DNA of 64,000 bases from positions 16,331 through 80,330 of the forward strand of contig JAEOSU010000009.1 in assembly GCA_016840165.1 (NCBI GenBank), written 5' to 3'. Shown one piece after another: positions 30,360-41,040 of the stretch. The position numbers and the translations under genes were made by a program. Source of the stretch: Promethearchaeota archaeon (GTDB taxonomy: Archaea > Asgardarchaeota > Lokiarchaeia > Sigyniarchaeales > SOKP01). The number at the start of each line of letters is the position of its first letter. The stretch's first letter is position 1. The notes beneath the pieces are model-generated. The model worked only from the letters and a program-made list of their open reading frames with translations, did no database searches and was not told the DNA's origin.

Positions 30360-30923
30360 TTAATCTAAAGTCTGTTTTGCTTTATAGACTAATTCTGCGA
30401 TTTTTTGAAACACCATTTTAACATTCTCCCCCGTTAATGCTGAAGTTTCAAAATAAGGAGCATTCAATTTTTCACTTAAATGTTCTGCCATAGGTAAAAT
30501 AATCTTACGCTCATCTTTTAAGTCAATTTTGTTGCCTATCAATATGCGTGGTACACCACTTAAGCCATACTTTATAGCAGAATTCCACCAGTTATTTACA
30601 TTCGAAAAAGTGCTTGAGCGGGTAACATCAAAAACTAAAATGACACCATCCGCACCATTGAAGTAAGGTCGATGGAGCATATAAAACTGAGGCTGACCTG
30701 CTACATCCCAAAACATTAGATTTACAACAGTATTTTCATCCAGATTAATTGGTTCCTTTAATATATTTACACCCACTGTTGGAAGATACTTTTCTTCGAA
30801 TTGATTTTTCGCAAACTTAGTAAGAAGACTTGTTTTACCAACTGCGGGATCCCCGATCACGATAACTTTATAGATAGACTCTGTTTTCCCCTGAAATATA
30901 ATATCGCTTTTATCTTTACTCAT
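30360..30923 (-). CDS. Rab-like small GTPase
   Basis: GDPAVGKT, PTVG, WDVAGQ, GNKID, ETSAL. Confidence 0.95.
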   Translation of the reverse strand: MSKDKSDIIFQGKTESIYKVIVIGDPAVGKTSLLTKFAKNQFEEKYLPTVGVNILKEPINLDENTVVNLMFWDVAGQPQFYMLHRPYFNGADGVILVFDVTRSSTFSNVNNWWNSAIKYGLSGVPRILIGNKIDLKDERKIILPMAEHLSEKLNAPYFETSALTGENVKMVFQKIAELVYKAKQTLD

Positions 30924-31086
30924 AATTCATTCCTTTTATAAAAATAAAATATCGTTCAAATATGAATATGATTATTATTAATATGGAGTATATATTTTAA
31001 AATCTTTAGTGAATTTTTCTTAAAAAATGCTCTTTACTATTTCTTAATATCCATATATTTAACTTGATAAACTTTTTAATGCCATA

Positions 31087-31716
31087 TTAAAATTTTTTTT
31101 TCCAAAAAGCTATTTTTTCTTTTAGAAAATTACTAATTGTTGGAGAATTTGGTTTTTCTTTATGATATTCCTCTGTTAATGAACTTGCATTTTCCAGGCG
31201 ATTGATCGATTGAGAAATTTCATATAGTATTCGATGTCCTCCAGTAAATTCAAATATTTCTTCTTTAATTTTTTCTAGTGTATCTTTAATAGCTATAGGA
31301 TCGTCATTAGTCTTTAAATCACCTTTTAAATCTTCAAACTGCTTTATAATCGACTCTTTCTTATCAGTAGCACTTTCATCTCTTTCTATAGCTTGACCAA
31401 TAGTTTCTTCTTTAGAAGAGACTGATTTCAAATTTACTAGAAGTGATTTTATTAAATCTAATTCTTCTTGAATTTTACTCTGGTTATCGATTACGCTTTT
31501 TAACTGTGGATTTAAACTTTTGATATCAATAGTTGCCTTATGAAGATCTTCTATTTTATCAGTAAGCATGTTAATTTTAAGGTTAGTTTGCCCCATTTTG
31601 GTTATAATATCTAACCCAAATTTTTCAAGCACCGAAGAGAATTGTCCTATCTTTTCATCAAGGCTATTTACTCGGGTTAAAAAATCCTCTTTATTAATGT
31701 TTTCCTTCTCGTTCAT
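31087..31716 (-). CDS. Coiled-coil hypothetical protein
   Basis: Heptad-rich N-terminal half and a helical C-terminal domain; upstream of the Rab-like GTPase on the same strand. Confidence 0.65.
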   Translation of the reverse strand: MNEKENINKEDFLTRVNSLDEKIGQFSSVLEKFGLDIITKMGQTNLKINMLTDKIEDLHKATIDIKSLNPQLKSVIDNQSKIQEELDLIKSLLVNLKSVSSKEETIGQAIERDESATDKKESIIKQFEDLKGDLKTNDDPIAIKDTLEKIKEEIFEFTGGHRILYEISQSINRLENASSLTEEYHKEKPNSPTISNFLKEKIAFWKKKF

Positions 31717-31949
31717 CAGATTATTACCACATACAATTGAATATTCTACTTAAGATGAATAATTCAAATTAATAATAAAGAATTGTGTAAATGATCAATT
31801 TTTAATTGTTTTTAATTATTTAGTAATATAATAAGTAATTTATAAATCAAATTTGTAAATTGTGTAGTTCTAAGATTTAATATTACAGAATATTAGAATT
31901 AAAATAATCTATTAGGAAAATATGAATAAATTTTTTGATGTGATGTGTT

Positions 31950-32852
31950 CTGGGAATACTTTATTTAAACATCCTTACTAAAGATGGTAAATCACTGGTT
32001 TTTCGAAACTATAGTAATACTGATGTCGATCGTGATCTTTTAGCAGGATTTTTAAGCGCATTCTCGGGATTTATGAAGGAAATCAGTCAAAGTGAGATTA
32101 GATCGACAGCTACTGATGAATTTAAATATTTCTACACCATTATTGATGAGATAATTATTGTGGTTTGTAGCGATTTAGAAGATGATGATGCAACAGTTAA
32201 TTCAAAGATATCCACGATTAGAGCAAAATTTATCAAAAGATATGGAGAAATCTTGGAAAGTGGGACATGGACAGGCAATAGAGCAATCTTTAACGAATTT
32301 GAGCGCGAGATTGATGAAACTATACTTGGAGCAATTAAAGTCTCTATAATTGGGACGGGTGGAGTAGGAAAAACCACTCTCCTGCAACTAATTTGCGGGA
32401 AAGATATTGATTTAGAATACATCCCAACAATCAATGTAGATATTACTTCTTTTGATGGAGAAGCACTCGAAGTTAATCGTTCTATTGTTTTTTGGGATTT
32501 TGCTGGTCAAGCAAATTTTAGATCGCTTTGGAAAAGTTTACTTGATAGTACTGATGTTGCATTGCTGGTTCTAGATTCAAGTTTCGAAAATGTAAATCAA
32601 TGTAAAGAGATAATTCGTGATGTTTTAGACAAATTTTACAAAGATACACTTGTAATTGGAATTGCTAATAAACAAGATCTTCCTCATCGACTAACTCCTG
32701 AATTCTGTGAACGAATTTTATCTGAGGCAGATCGACATCCCCCAATTAAAGTTCATGGCATGATAGCAATCAATTCTGTCTATCGTGAGAAAATTCATGC
32801 AATATTACGAGAAGCGATTAAGAGAGTTTATCCTGATATAAAGAAGAAGTAA
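31950..32852 (+). CDS. Longin domain-small GTPase (Arf/Rab-like) fusion; probable CTG start at 31950 (ORF-track start 32073)
   Basis: The in-frame upstream sequence LGILYLNILTKDGKSLVFRNY...DRDLLAGFLSAFSGF completes the longin domain. GTPase motifs GTGGVGKT, PTI, WDFAGQ, ANKQD. Confidence 0.85.
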   Translation: MGILYLNILTKDGKSLVFRNYSNTDVDRDLLAGFLSAFSGFMKEISQSEIRSTATDEFKYFYTIIDEIIIVVCSDLEDDDATVNSKISTIRAKFIKRYGEILESGTWTGNRAIFNEFEREIDETILGAIKVSIIGTGGVGKTTLLQLICGKDIDLEYIPTINVDITSFDGEALEVNRSIVFWDFAGQANFRSLWKSLLDSTDVALLVLDSSFENVNQCKEIIRDVLDKFYKDTLVIGIANKQDLPHRLTPEFCERILSEADRHPPIKVHGMIAINSVYREKIHAILREAIKRVYPDIKKK

Positions 32853-32966
32853 GATCCTTCTCAAAATATTTTGCTATTTTCAAAAAAAACTAAATCAAGG
32901 AAAAATAATTTATAACTTTCGTAATTAATGCTTATTATCTACTAAACACATTCGATAATTTATTTT

Positions 32967-34715
32967 ATGATTAAATACAAATTAGATGATATTCCTCTAG
33001 AAGATGATGGCGATTATAAAGTATTAAATTTACCGCCCTTATCAAAGAATGAGATAGATATTATTGATCCAATTGTTGCTCCCACCTCAGGTCTTAGAAT
33101 TCAGATTTTAGAGAGCGCTGGTGAGGAGGGATCGAAAGAATACATTTTACCTAAACAGAATCTTTATCTTTTTTTAAGGGTTTTTAAAGCGATTTGCCAT
33201 AAATATAAAGAACTAAAAGGAAAAGATAATTTACGAGTTTTAATAGTTACTGATGATCGACCAACTAAAGATATCTTACTTAATTATTGTTCCCAAATTT
33301 TTTCATATGAAGGATTTGAAATCTATTTTCAAACCGATGAGGAAACAAAGTCGCGAATTTCCTCTCCATATGGAGCTGCTTCCGTTGCCTTGATTGAGAA
33401 TATCAAATTAGTTATAGTTCTAACTGCTTCCCATAATGATTTATCTTGGAATGGGATAAAATTTTATATTGATTATCCTATACCGATCTCGGGAGATTTA
33501 TTTAAAGATATTTCTCAAATGGCATTGAGTTATAATGAAATTAAATTGAATCCTTCTTTCAAACCAACCTTAATCGATGCGGAGCAAATGAATAATGAAT
33601 ACGTAATCAATTTACTAACTAATGTATTAGAAATTAAAAGCCTTATTAATAAAGACATTGTAATTTGGCCATATTTAGGAAAAGCGAGAGGAATTGTAAA
33701 CCTTTTCACTCAGCTAGGAGCAAATGTACATTTAATTGAGGAAGAAATAAATCCTCCAAATCCCATTAAGGAGATTCGTGAAGACAGGCTCCAAAAAGAA
33801 ATGAAGGATACAAACTCTGACATAGCTCTATTATTAGATGCAGATAGGGACAGAATTGCACTTTATGTTAATCAAGACGGGAAATATTTTACTTACATTC
33901 CAAATGAAATATATTCTGCGATGCACAATATCTTAGCAAAAGAATTTAATAAGAAAGTAATAAATGTAAGAACTATACCAAGTGATTTAAGAGGTGATAG
34001 CTCAAGCTTCTTAAACATTCTGACCGGAGTAGGTTATAAACACCTAGGGATAATTTTATATTTTCTTTTTGATATAGAGGTTGATCAATCTAAAATTGAT
34101 GGTGCAATTCTTTATATTGAAGGAGAGCATAAAGAACTGATAAAAATTAACAATGCTATTCCTTTAAAGGAACGTATAATAAAATTAATGGAAAAGAATC
34201 AATTAATTGATCAACAGTTTCTGATTGTAATGTGGGAAGAATCAGGAGGCCATACATTAAATATTTTAAACGTATCCAAGCAAAAAGGCACCAACAATTA
34301 TTCGTTCAGAACCAACTTCCCTCTTATAGCAGATAAATATCCTGTACCTGCTTTAGTACTTGCTACAGAGTTATTTGCAAGAGGATATCGTATCTCAGAA
34401 TCGATCGACTGGTCAATAGTAGGAATCAATAAAACAATGCATGCAGATGACAAGGAAAAAGTAAAAATCATGAAGAATTTTGAAAAAAATGATGGAAACC
34501 AAGTTTCTATTGGAAATATCAAATATTCAGTAGAAGCCTTATCAGATAATATTAATAATATTGATATATACCGCTTAAAGAGTCAAGATTCACTGCTTTA
34601 CTTTCGTCCTTCAGGAACGGGTCCCGACGTTAGATTTTACATTTTCGCGAACCGGGAGAAATATCAAGAAGAGATTAATAAGGTTATGCATTTTGTAAAA
34701 AATTATTATGTTTAA
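32967..34715 (+). CDS. Divergent alpha-D-phosphohexomutase (PGM/PMM family)
   Basis: TASHN..WNGIK, DADRDR, TGVGYK, EESGG, RPSGT. Confidence 0.85.
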   Translation: MIKYKLDDIPLEDDGDYKVLNLPPLSKNEIDIIDPIVAPTSGLRIQILESAGEEGSKEYILPKQNLYLFLRVFKAICHKYKELKGKDNLRVLIVTDDRPTKDILLNYCSQIFSYEGFEIYFQTDEETKSRISSPYGAASVALIENIKLVIVLTASHNDLSWNGIKFYIDYPIPISGDLFKDISQMALSYNEIKLNPSFKPTLIDAEQMNNEYVINLLTNVLEIKSLINKDIVIWPYLGKARGIVNLFTQLGANVHLIEEEINPPNPIKEIREDRLQKEMKDTNSDIALLLDADRDRIALYVNQDGKYFTYIPNEIYSAMHNILAKEFNKKVINVRTIPSDLRGDSSSFLNILTGVGYKHLGIILYFLFDIEVDQSKIDGAILYIEGEHKELIKINNAIPLKERIIKLMEKNQLIDQQFLIVMWEESGGHTLNILNVSKQKGTNNYSFRTNFPLIADKYPVPALVLATELFARGYRISESIDWSIVGINKTMHADDKEKVKIMKNFEKNDGNQVSIGNIKYSVEALSDNINNIDIYRLKSQDSLLYFRPSGTGPDVRFYIFANREKYQEEINKVMHFVKNYYV

Positions 34716-34748
34716 AATAAATGTCTTTAAATCATTAAACTCCAACTT

Positions 34749-36395
34749 TTATTCTTTTTGGATAATACCAGGAATTATAATATTATTTCTTTCAATACGT
34801 AGAATTCCCTTACTTTGAAGATCTTTCATGATAGAAAGTACTTTTTCTTCATCCCAGCCTAAACCCTTGATGAAATCTTCCTTATTCATTGGTTTTTTGT
34901 CCAATGCAAAAGTAATAAAGTCCTTTTCGGATTTCTCCAATTTGATTTCTTTAAATGTAATAAATTGGTGGTCCATTAATTTAAATGTATTGTGAATCAT
35001 CTTTAACTTATTCAATTTTACAATCGTTTCTTGAATGAGATCTTCTGAGGCATCTTCAATGTCTCCTTTAATAAAATTTGAGATTTTTTCATATTGAACA
35101 AGCCCGCCATTCAATAAGGAGTATTTTTCATGAAAGCTTAAAATGGTTTGAGAGATAAGTTTTTTCAAATCGCTTTCAGAGATTTCTTCTGGAGATTCTT
35201 CATAGATTGCTCTAATCTTTTTTAATTCTGCGATGTTTTTTACTTGAGGTTTACTTTTAAATTTAATCTGGGGTGATTCTTCAACATCAGGTTTTAGATC
35301 TTTTTCACTTTCTATAATGTAATCTTTTTTTTCCTCTTTTTCTTCTTTGATGCTGGGCTCTTCTCCCACATCCTTTAGCTTATCATGTAGACGGAGCTCA
35401 AAAGCTTCTTTTTTCTTCTTTTTTTCTTCTTTTCTTAATCGGTTTTTTTCATCAAATTTTGAAATACTCATGTTCCACTTAATTCGTTCTTCCTCCGAAC
35501 CAAAACCTTCTACAATTATTCTGTCATCTGTAATCGAGGCAATATCCTTGCTAAATAACTCATTTAAGACCTTACTAGCATAACTAAAATCCCATTCTGT
35601 TTTCTTTAATAAATCTTCAATAGTAAGAGTCTCTTCATCATAGGCAAAAGTAAGAATTACCTTTTCAGGATTTGAAAAATCGTATTTCTCATTAGTTAGT
35701 ATGATTATATATAATTTTGGATTTATTTCAATAAAATCTGTGATAAGCTCAGTTTCTTTCATAAGATTTAAAATCGGTAAAAAATCATCATCTTTAATAT
35801 TTTTAATCTCTTTTATAGCATGATATTTAAGTCGTTGAATCGGAATAATTTTATAATTTAATAATTGCTGCTCTTCAATAATCTGCTGAAATTTCCTCGT
35901 AATTTTATCATAAAACATGCCTATCCCCACATCTGCTTTTTTTGGCTCTGATAGATAATATTCCTTGTCCAATGATTCGAGAGTGTCTATGGATTCTTTA
36001 AGGTTTTCCATATCTACGTGTAATTCCTCTTCTGTCTTTGGCATTGCGGAGCCAAACTCAGCAGAATGAATAAGATATTCTTTTTCCGCTTGTTCGATAA
36101 TAAGAGATTCATCGACTACTAAACTATCTTGACTTTTAGCAGCTTTAACCTTTTTCTCAATTTCCCGTTCTAAAGATTTTTCAGTTTCTCGGATAATGTT
36201 AGAAATTTGGTCTAATTTTTCCCTCATTTCACTTCTTTTCTCCTCAGGTATATATTTATCGATCTGGATGTCCAACTTAGTTTGCTCTTTTACCATTTCA
36301 ATTTTACTGAGATATAATCTATACCAAAAGGTTAAAAGAATATAAAATACCAGAAATAAAATAGATATGGTGATTGCGAAAAAGATCTGACTCAT
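34749..36395 (-). CDS. N-terminally membrane-anchored protein with a coiled coil and two EAP30 (Vps22/Vps36-like, ESCRT-II) winged-helix modules
   Basis: TM at about aa 4-27. Module 1: VGIGMFYDKI...DDDFLPILNLM...LTIEDLLKKTEWDFSYASKVLNELFSKDI. Module 2: NGGLVQYEKI...SEDLIQETIVKL...LGWDEEKVLSIMKDLQSKGILRIE. Confidence 0.72.
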   Translation of the reverse strand: MSQIFFAITISILFLVFYILLTFWYRLYLSKIEMVKEQTKLDIQIDKYIPEEKRSEMREKLDQISNIIRETEKSLEREIEKKVKAAKSQDSLVVDESLIIEQAEKEYLIHSAEFGSAMPKTEEELHVDMENLKESIDTLESLDKEYYLSEPKKADVGIGMFYDKITRKFQQIIEEQQLLNYKIIPIQRLKYHAIKEIKNIKDDDFLPILNLMKETELITDFIEINPKLYIIILTNEKYDFSNPEKVILTFAYDEETLTIEDLLKKTEWDFSYASKVLNELFSKDIASITDDRIIVEGFGSEEERIKWNMSISKFDEKNRLRKEEKKKKKEAFELRLHDKLKDVGEEPSIKEEKEEKKDYIIESEKDLKPDVEESPQIKFKSKPQVKNIAELKKIRAIYEESPEEISESDLKKLISQTILSFHEKYSLLNGGLVQYEKISNFIKGDIEDASEDLIQETIVKLNKLKMIHNTFKLMDHQFITFKEIKLEKSEKDFITFALDKKPMNKEDFIKGLGWDEEKVLSIMKDLQSKGILRIERNNIIIPGIIQKE

Positions 36396-36566
36396 AATCC
36401 ATCGATTTAGATTAGCTTAAATGGTTATTCTTAAGTAAATTATGAATCTTCACATTAAAATAATTTTACGATTTTTTCAATGGTAGATGATATTAAAGAT
36501 TTAATTGCAATAAATAATTTGACTACATATAATTATTCTTTCACTTAAGTTAATTGTAAAACTAAG

Positions 36567-37847
36567 TTGACTAAAATGAAAATGCAAGAGAAAATAATTG
36601 ATGATGAAATCCTTCAGAAAATGACATTGGAAAATGTCTTCAAAATTTTTAATGATAATGTCTTTCCAATGCTCAATGAGGAGGATAAAGACTATTGTAA
36701 GGAGCTTCAAGAATTTTGCTTAGAATTACATCCTAAAATCGATAAATCTCAAGATGTTTATATCCTATTCCCTGAACTGGGTAAGCATGGTTATTTACAA
36801 CGTATTAATAAATGGAGAGATTTTGAACCATTCGGAATGAAAAAGGAAATTTTACTTGGAACCCATCTCTCATTACTAGATCCTCAACTTGAACTTGCAA
36901 GATTAGCAAGTGGAATCTTATGTGGGAATCCTACCTTTCATTACTACACTCATGGAGGTACTGGAGGTACAATTCAAAAAGTTCAAGATGAATTGATGTC
37001 GGGACAAAAGATTGGATGTATCGGAATCACTGAACCTAATCGCGGTTCTGATGCGGTAAATTTAACTACAATTGCCACTAAAACTGAGGAGGGAGTCATT
37101 TATAATGGTGAGAAAGTATATACAACAAATGGACCAAAAGCAGACTATTTCTGTGCTTATGCGGTCTATGATGAAGCACAACCACGAGATACCATGGTAC
37201 AGGCAATGATTAAACGCGAATTTGGAGTGAAAACTGAACGCTTGAAAATTAATTCCGTACCTCGTGTGCATATTGCGCATACCTTGTTCGATAACGTTAG
37301 AATTCCAAAAGAATATATTATAGCGGATGATGGACTTGGATATGTACGGCTGTTTGAGGGTTTAGTCCCTGAGAGACTTTCAATTATGGGGAGTGGAGTC
37401 GGAATTTGTTGGTCAGGTTTAATATATGGTATGATTTATACCAATCTCAGAAAGCAATTTGGTAAACCTGTTATTAGATATCAAGGAGTAGGTTATGGTT
37501 TAGCAGATTTACTGACTAAAACAAATGCTGCTACTGCGTTAGCTCTCCAAGCAGCGTCGGTTTATGATGAAAGAATCTTATTTGCAGATAAATCCTCTGA
37601 AGGAAGATCAGCTGCCGAGAAGTGGGTGGCCTCTATCTCTTCCCAAGGAAAGTATTTTCTTTCTAAATTAACTCATGATGTCTGCTATGAAGTCCAGCAG
37701 CATATGGGTGGAGTCAGTGTGACTGATAATACTCCTTTAGATGAATTAACGGATATAAGCAAAATCGAAGAGGTTATTGGCGGAGCTAGAAATATACAAC
37801 TACTTTTAATTCAATCCCAGATTCAAAGATTTATGAGACTATTATAA
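36567..37847 (+). CDS. Acyl-CoA dehydrogenase
   Basis: GCIGITEPNRGSD, NGEKVYTTNG, FDNVRIP, RKQFGKP, QHMGG, IGGARNIQ. Confidence 0.92.
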   Translation: MTKMKMQEKIIDDEILQKMTLENVFKIFNDNVFPMLNEEDKDYCKELQEFCLELHPKIDKSQDVYILFPELGKHGYLQRINKWRDFEPFGMKKEILLGTHLSLLDPQLELARLASGILCGNPTFHYYTHGGTGGTIQKVQDELMSGQKIGCIGITEPNRGSDAVNLTTIATKTEEGVIYNGEKVYTTNGPKADYFCAYAVYDEAQPRDTMVQAMIKREFGVKTERLKINSVPRVHIAHTLFDNVRIPKEYIIADDGLGYVRLFEGLVPERLSIMGSGVGICWSGLIYGMIYTNLRKQFGKPVIRYQGVGYGLADLLTKTNAATALALQAASVYDERILFADKSSEGRSAAEKWVASISSQGKYFLSKLTHDVCYEVQQHMGGVSVTDNTPLDELTDISKIEEVIGGARNIQLLLIQSQIQRFMRLL

Positions 37848-38008
37848 ATCTTTTTTATTTTCTTTTTAGTATTATCTTTAAGACTTTAATATACTTTTTT
37901 ATAATAATCTTTTTCATTAAAAGAATCTTTTAATATATCTCAACTTTTGATATTATTAGAGAGGAATGATTTGAAATAATGAAGAATATCATATCTAAAT
38001 ATTAAATC

Positions 38009-38136
38009 TTAGGATTATGGTTATTTTCCAGAACTCTGAGATAAAAAATCAAAAGCTATATAAAATTAAAATTATCCTAATTAAGTATAACTAAAAGGTT
38101 TAAATATAACTTTTAACAATAATATATTAGGATAAA
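38009..38136 (+). promoter_or_regulatory. feoAB promoter with candidate DtxR/MntR-type operator half-sites
   Basis: TATA box TTTAAATA at 38099-38106 preceded by purine-rich AAAAGG. TTAGGAT/ATCCTAA half-sites at 38009, 38074 and 38127; quasi-palindrome TTAAGTATAACTAA at 38081-38094. Confidence 0.4.
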
Positions 38137-38171
38137 ATATTTTTTTTTAACTATTAACATGAAAAAATCTT

Positions 38172-38474
38172 ATGAGTGTTATGAAAGTTAATCATGAAAA
38201 ACGCTCAAACTCTGAACCTGTAAGTCTAATTAAATGCTTAACAGAATGTGGTAGAGGAGAGGAAGTAGAGGTAGTAAGCGTTAATGCGGGCATTAATGCA
38301 AGAAGAAGATTATACAATCTAGGCATTTATCCAGGTTCAATTATTATTAAAAAGCAGGGTGCTCCTTTTAGAGGGCCATTACAGGTTATTGTTAAAGGGA
38401 CAAATATAGTTTTAGGGCGGGGATTGGCGGCGAAAATCTTTGTTAGATGCGGAACCTCGTGCACATTTGATTAA
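38172..38474 (+). CDS. feoA: Ferrous iron transport protein A
   Basis: RRLYNLGIYPGS, APFRGPL, VLGRGLAAKI; upstream of feoB. Confidence 0.93.
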   Translation: MSVMKVNHEKRSNSEPVSLIKCLTECGRGEEVEVVSVNAGINARRRLYNLGIYPGSIIIKKQGAPFRGPLQVIVKGTNIVLGRGLAAKIFVRCGTSCTFD

Positions 38475-38545
38475 GCTCTCAAAATTTTATTTACTTATTT
38501 ATGAATTTTTAAATCTAATAGCAAGTTTATACCAGAGGAATAAAT

Positions 38546-40609
38546 GTGAGTTTTCATAGACCTAGAAAAAATAATTATAAAAAAGATGATTGTGAATCTA
38601 AAACAACAATAAATATTGCTTTAGCTGGCAATCCGAATGTAGGAAAATCTGTAATTTTTAATCAATTAACGGGATTAAGCCAGACGATAGGGAACTGGCC
38701 CGGAAAAACCGTAGAGAAATTAGAAGGACACTTAAACTTTCTGGGATATCACTTTAATATTGTAGATTTACCTGGGATCTATTCCTTGTCCACCTATTCT
38801 TTGGAAGAAATAGTAAGTCGGGAATATATTGTTTCTAATGATGTCGATCTCATTATAAATGTGATTGATGCCACTAATTTGGAAAGAAATCTCTTTCTCA
38901 CATTTCAACTACTTGAGTTAAAAGTTCCAATAATTTTAGCAATGAATCAAATGGATATCTTACGTAAAAGAAATATAGAACTTGATTTCGAGAAATTAGA
39001 GAAAATATTTAAAGCTCCAGTACTTCCAGTCGTGGCAGTACACGGTATAGGGGTACATGAGTTATTAGAGCAGACTATTGATATTATTGAAACTAATCCA
39101 AATTTTAAAATCAACTTCCCCGATTTAACAGAGATCTCTTCTTTTGGGAAAGAAATCGAAACAAAAATTCAAATATTGATTTCTGAATTCAAAAATAATT
39201 ACCCTCGCATTATGGCTTACAATTATCCAGCACGTTTCCTAGCGATAAAAATGCTTGAAAAAGACGAGGAGATCTTAAAAATAATTAATGATATTGAAAA
39301 AGTTAAACCACTACTTGATATTACAAACCAGTTCATTGAAGAATTAGAAGATTATCATGGTGAGGATATAAATTCAATAATTTCCTCGGAAATTTACAAC
39401 AATATCCATCAAATAATAGACAAAGTAATGAAATTCAAAACTAAAAAACAGATGATGCGCAGAAATCTAACAGATAAGATTGATCATCTTACAACCCATT
39501 CGTTTTGGGGCTATATTGTTCTGATATTAGTGGTAATTGGAATTTATGCCTTTACTTTTTCAATCGGAGGCTTTTTAGGAACAATAATAGATGATTTTTT
39601 TTCATTGTGGACGGAAAATATCTATCTATTATTTGGTGAGGAAAATTTTCTAGTGAAGTTATTGTGGGATGGGGGAGTTGGAGGTTTTATGGGTGCAGTC
39701 GCAGGGGTACTGGTTTATGTGATTCCATTTTTTTTTACTATTGAAATCCTACAAGATTCTGGCTATTTACCCCGAGCGGCATTTCTAATGGACAAAGTTA
39801 TGCATGTATTAGGAGTTCACGGAAAAACGGTAATTACGATGATTCTTGGATTTGGATGTAATGTGCCAGCATGTGCTGGATGTCGAATCATGGAAACTGA
39901 ACGAGAAAAAAAGATTTCTATCGCACTTACATCATTAATTCCATGCGCTGCAGTCATGGCGGTAGTTTTAGGGTTAGTAGGACGTTATTTAGGAGTAGGT
40001 TGGGTAATAGTGTTGTTTATAATAAATTTTATGGTAATTCTCATCGTAGGGAGAATCTTAAATAAAACTTTGCCCGGAACTTGTACAGAATTAATTATGG
40101 AAATGCATGAATATCGGAAACCTAATTATAAAGTAATTCTGAAACAAACTTGGTTAAGAAGCAGGGAATTTATATTTAAAGCACTTCCAATCATCATTAT
40201 ATTCGGGATATCCTTGGAGATTGTCCTTATCCTTAATGTTTTAGAACCAATTAACTTTATATTATCGCCTATCACTGTTTTCTGGTTAGGTTTACCTTCG
40301 ATAACGGGCGTATTTTTAATATATGGTATAATAAGAAAGGAACTAACGTTAGTCCTTTTGGTGCTATTTGCTGAGAGTATTGGGAAAACTTTAGATCCTT
40401 TATTAAATCCTTTATTATCTCCAGCGCAAATGATCATTTTTAGCTTAGTAACTATGCTTTACATTCCTTGTTTTGCGACTATTATTGTTATAGCGAAGCA
40501 AACAAGTTGGAAATATGCAATTCAAATCGCTCTACTAGAAATATCGCTCGCTTTGCTAATTGGAGGGGTGTTAAACTTTAGTTTAGGGTTTATCACTGGC
40601 ATTTTATAA
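38546..40609 (+). CDS. feoB: Ferrous iron transporter FeoB
   Basis: GNPNVGKS, GNWPGKTVE, DLPGIYSL, DATNLERN, DSGYLPRAAF, GFGCNVPA, YIPC. Confidence 0.96.
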   Translation: MSFHRPRKNNYKKDDCESKTTINIALAGNPNVGKSVIFNQLTGLSQTIGNWPGKTVEKLEGHLNFLGYHFNIVDLPGIYSLSTYSLEEIVSREYIVSNDVDLIINVIDATNLERNLFLTFQLLELKVPIILAMNQMDILRKRNIELDFEKLEKIFKAPVLPVVAVHGIGVHELLEQTIDIIETNPNFKINFPDLTEISSFGKEIETKIQILISEFKNNYPRIMAYNYPARFLAIKMLEKDEEILKIINDIEKVKPLLDITNQFIEELEDYHGEDINSIISSEIYNNIHQIIDKVMKFKTKKQMMRRNLTDKIDHLTTHSFWGYIVLILVVIGIYAFTFSIGGFLGTIIDDFFSLWTENIYLLFGEENFLVKLLWDGGVGGFMGAVAGVLVYVIPFFFTIEILQDSGYLPRAAFLMDKVMHVLGVHGKTVITMILGFGCNVPACAGCRIMETEREKKISIALTSLIPCAAVMAVVLGLVGRYLGVGWVIVLFIINFMVILIVGRILNKTLPGTCTELIMEMHEYRKPNYKVILKQTWLRSREFIFKALPIIIIFGISLEIVLILNVLEPINFILSPITVFWLGLPSITGVFLIYGIIRKELTLVLLVLFAESIGKTLDPLLNPLLSPAQMIIFSLVTMLYIPCFATIIVIAKQTSWKYAIQIALLEISLALLIGGVLNFSLGFITGIL

Positions 40610-40665
40610 TGCCGCATTAAAGAGGAGTAGAAAATCTTTTTAAATTAAATATTTTTGTAAATTCT

Positions 40666-41040
40666 TTAAAACCACATAGTTGCATCTGCTTCTAAGGCAA
40701 GATCATTAAGGGTTGCTGCTCCAACGATTTTCATACCCGGGATTAATTCTACTTGTTCCCACCCTAACATCCTTTTTGAAGCTTCACACACTAATATCTT
40801 CACACCTGCTTTAAGCGTCTTATCAATCATTTCCCTTACTGAAGGAAAATTTCCTAATTTAATTTTCTCAGCTTCTCCTGGTTTTAGCATTTTTAAGCCC
40901 ATACCTAAATAATAGACAATTGCATCTAAATCCATTGCTTTTGCCGTTTGAGCTAATACAAGGGGCGAGTATTGTCTTGCAGGATCATCGCTCGTTTGAA
41001 CATATAAAATTGTTTTTTTTTCATTTGCCATTTTATTCAA
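40666..41040 (-). CDS. DsrE/DsrF-like family protein
   Basis: PLVLAQTAKAM, AGVKILVCEAS, VGAATL. Confidence 0.8.
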   Translation of the reverse strand: MNKMANEKKTILYVQTSDDPARQYSPLVLAQTAKAMDLDAIVYYLGMGLKMLKPGEAEKIKLGNFPSVREMIDKTLKAGVKILVCEASKRMLGWEQVELIPGMKIVGAATLNDLALEADATMWF

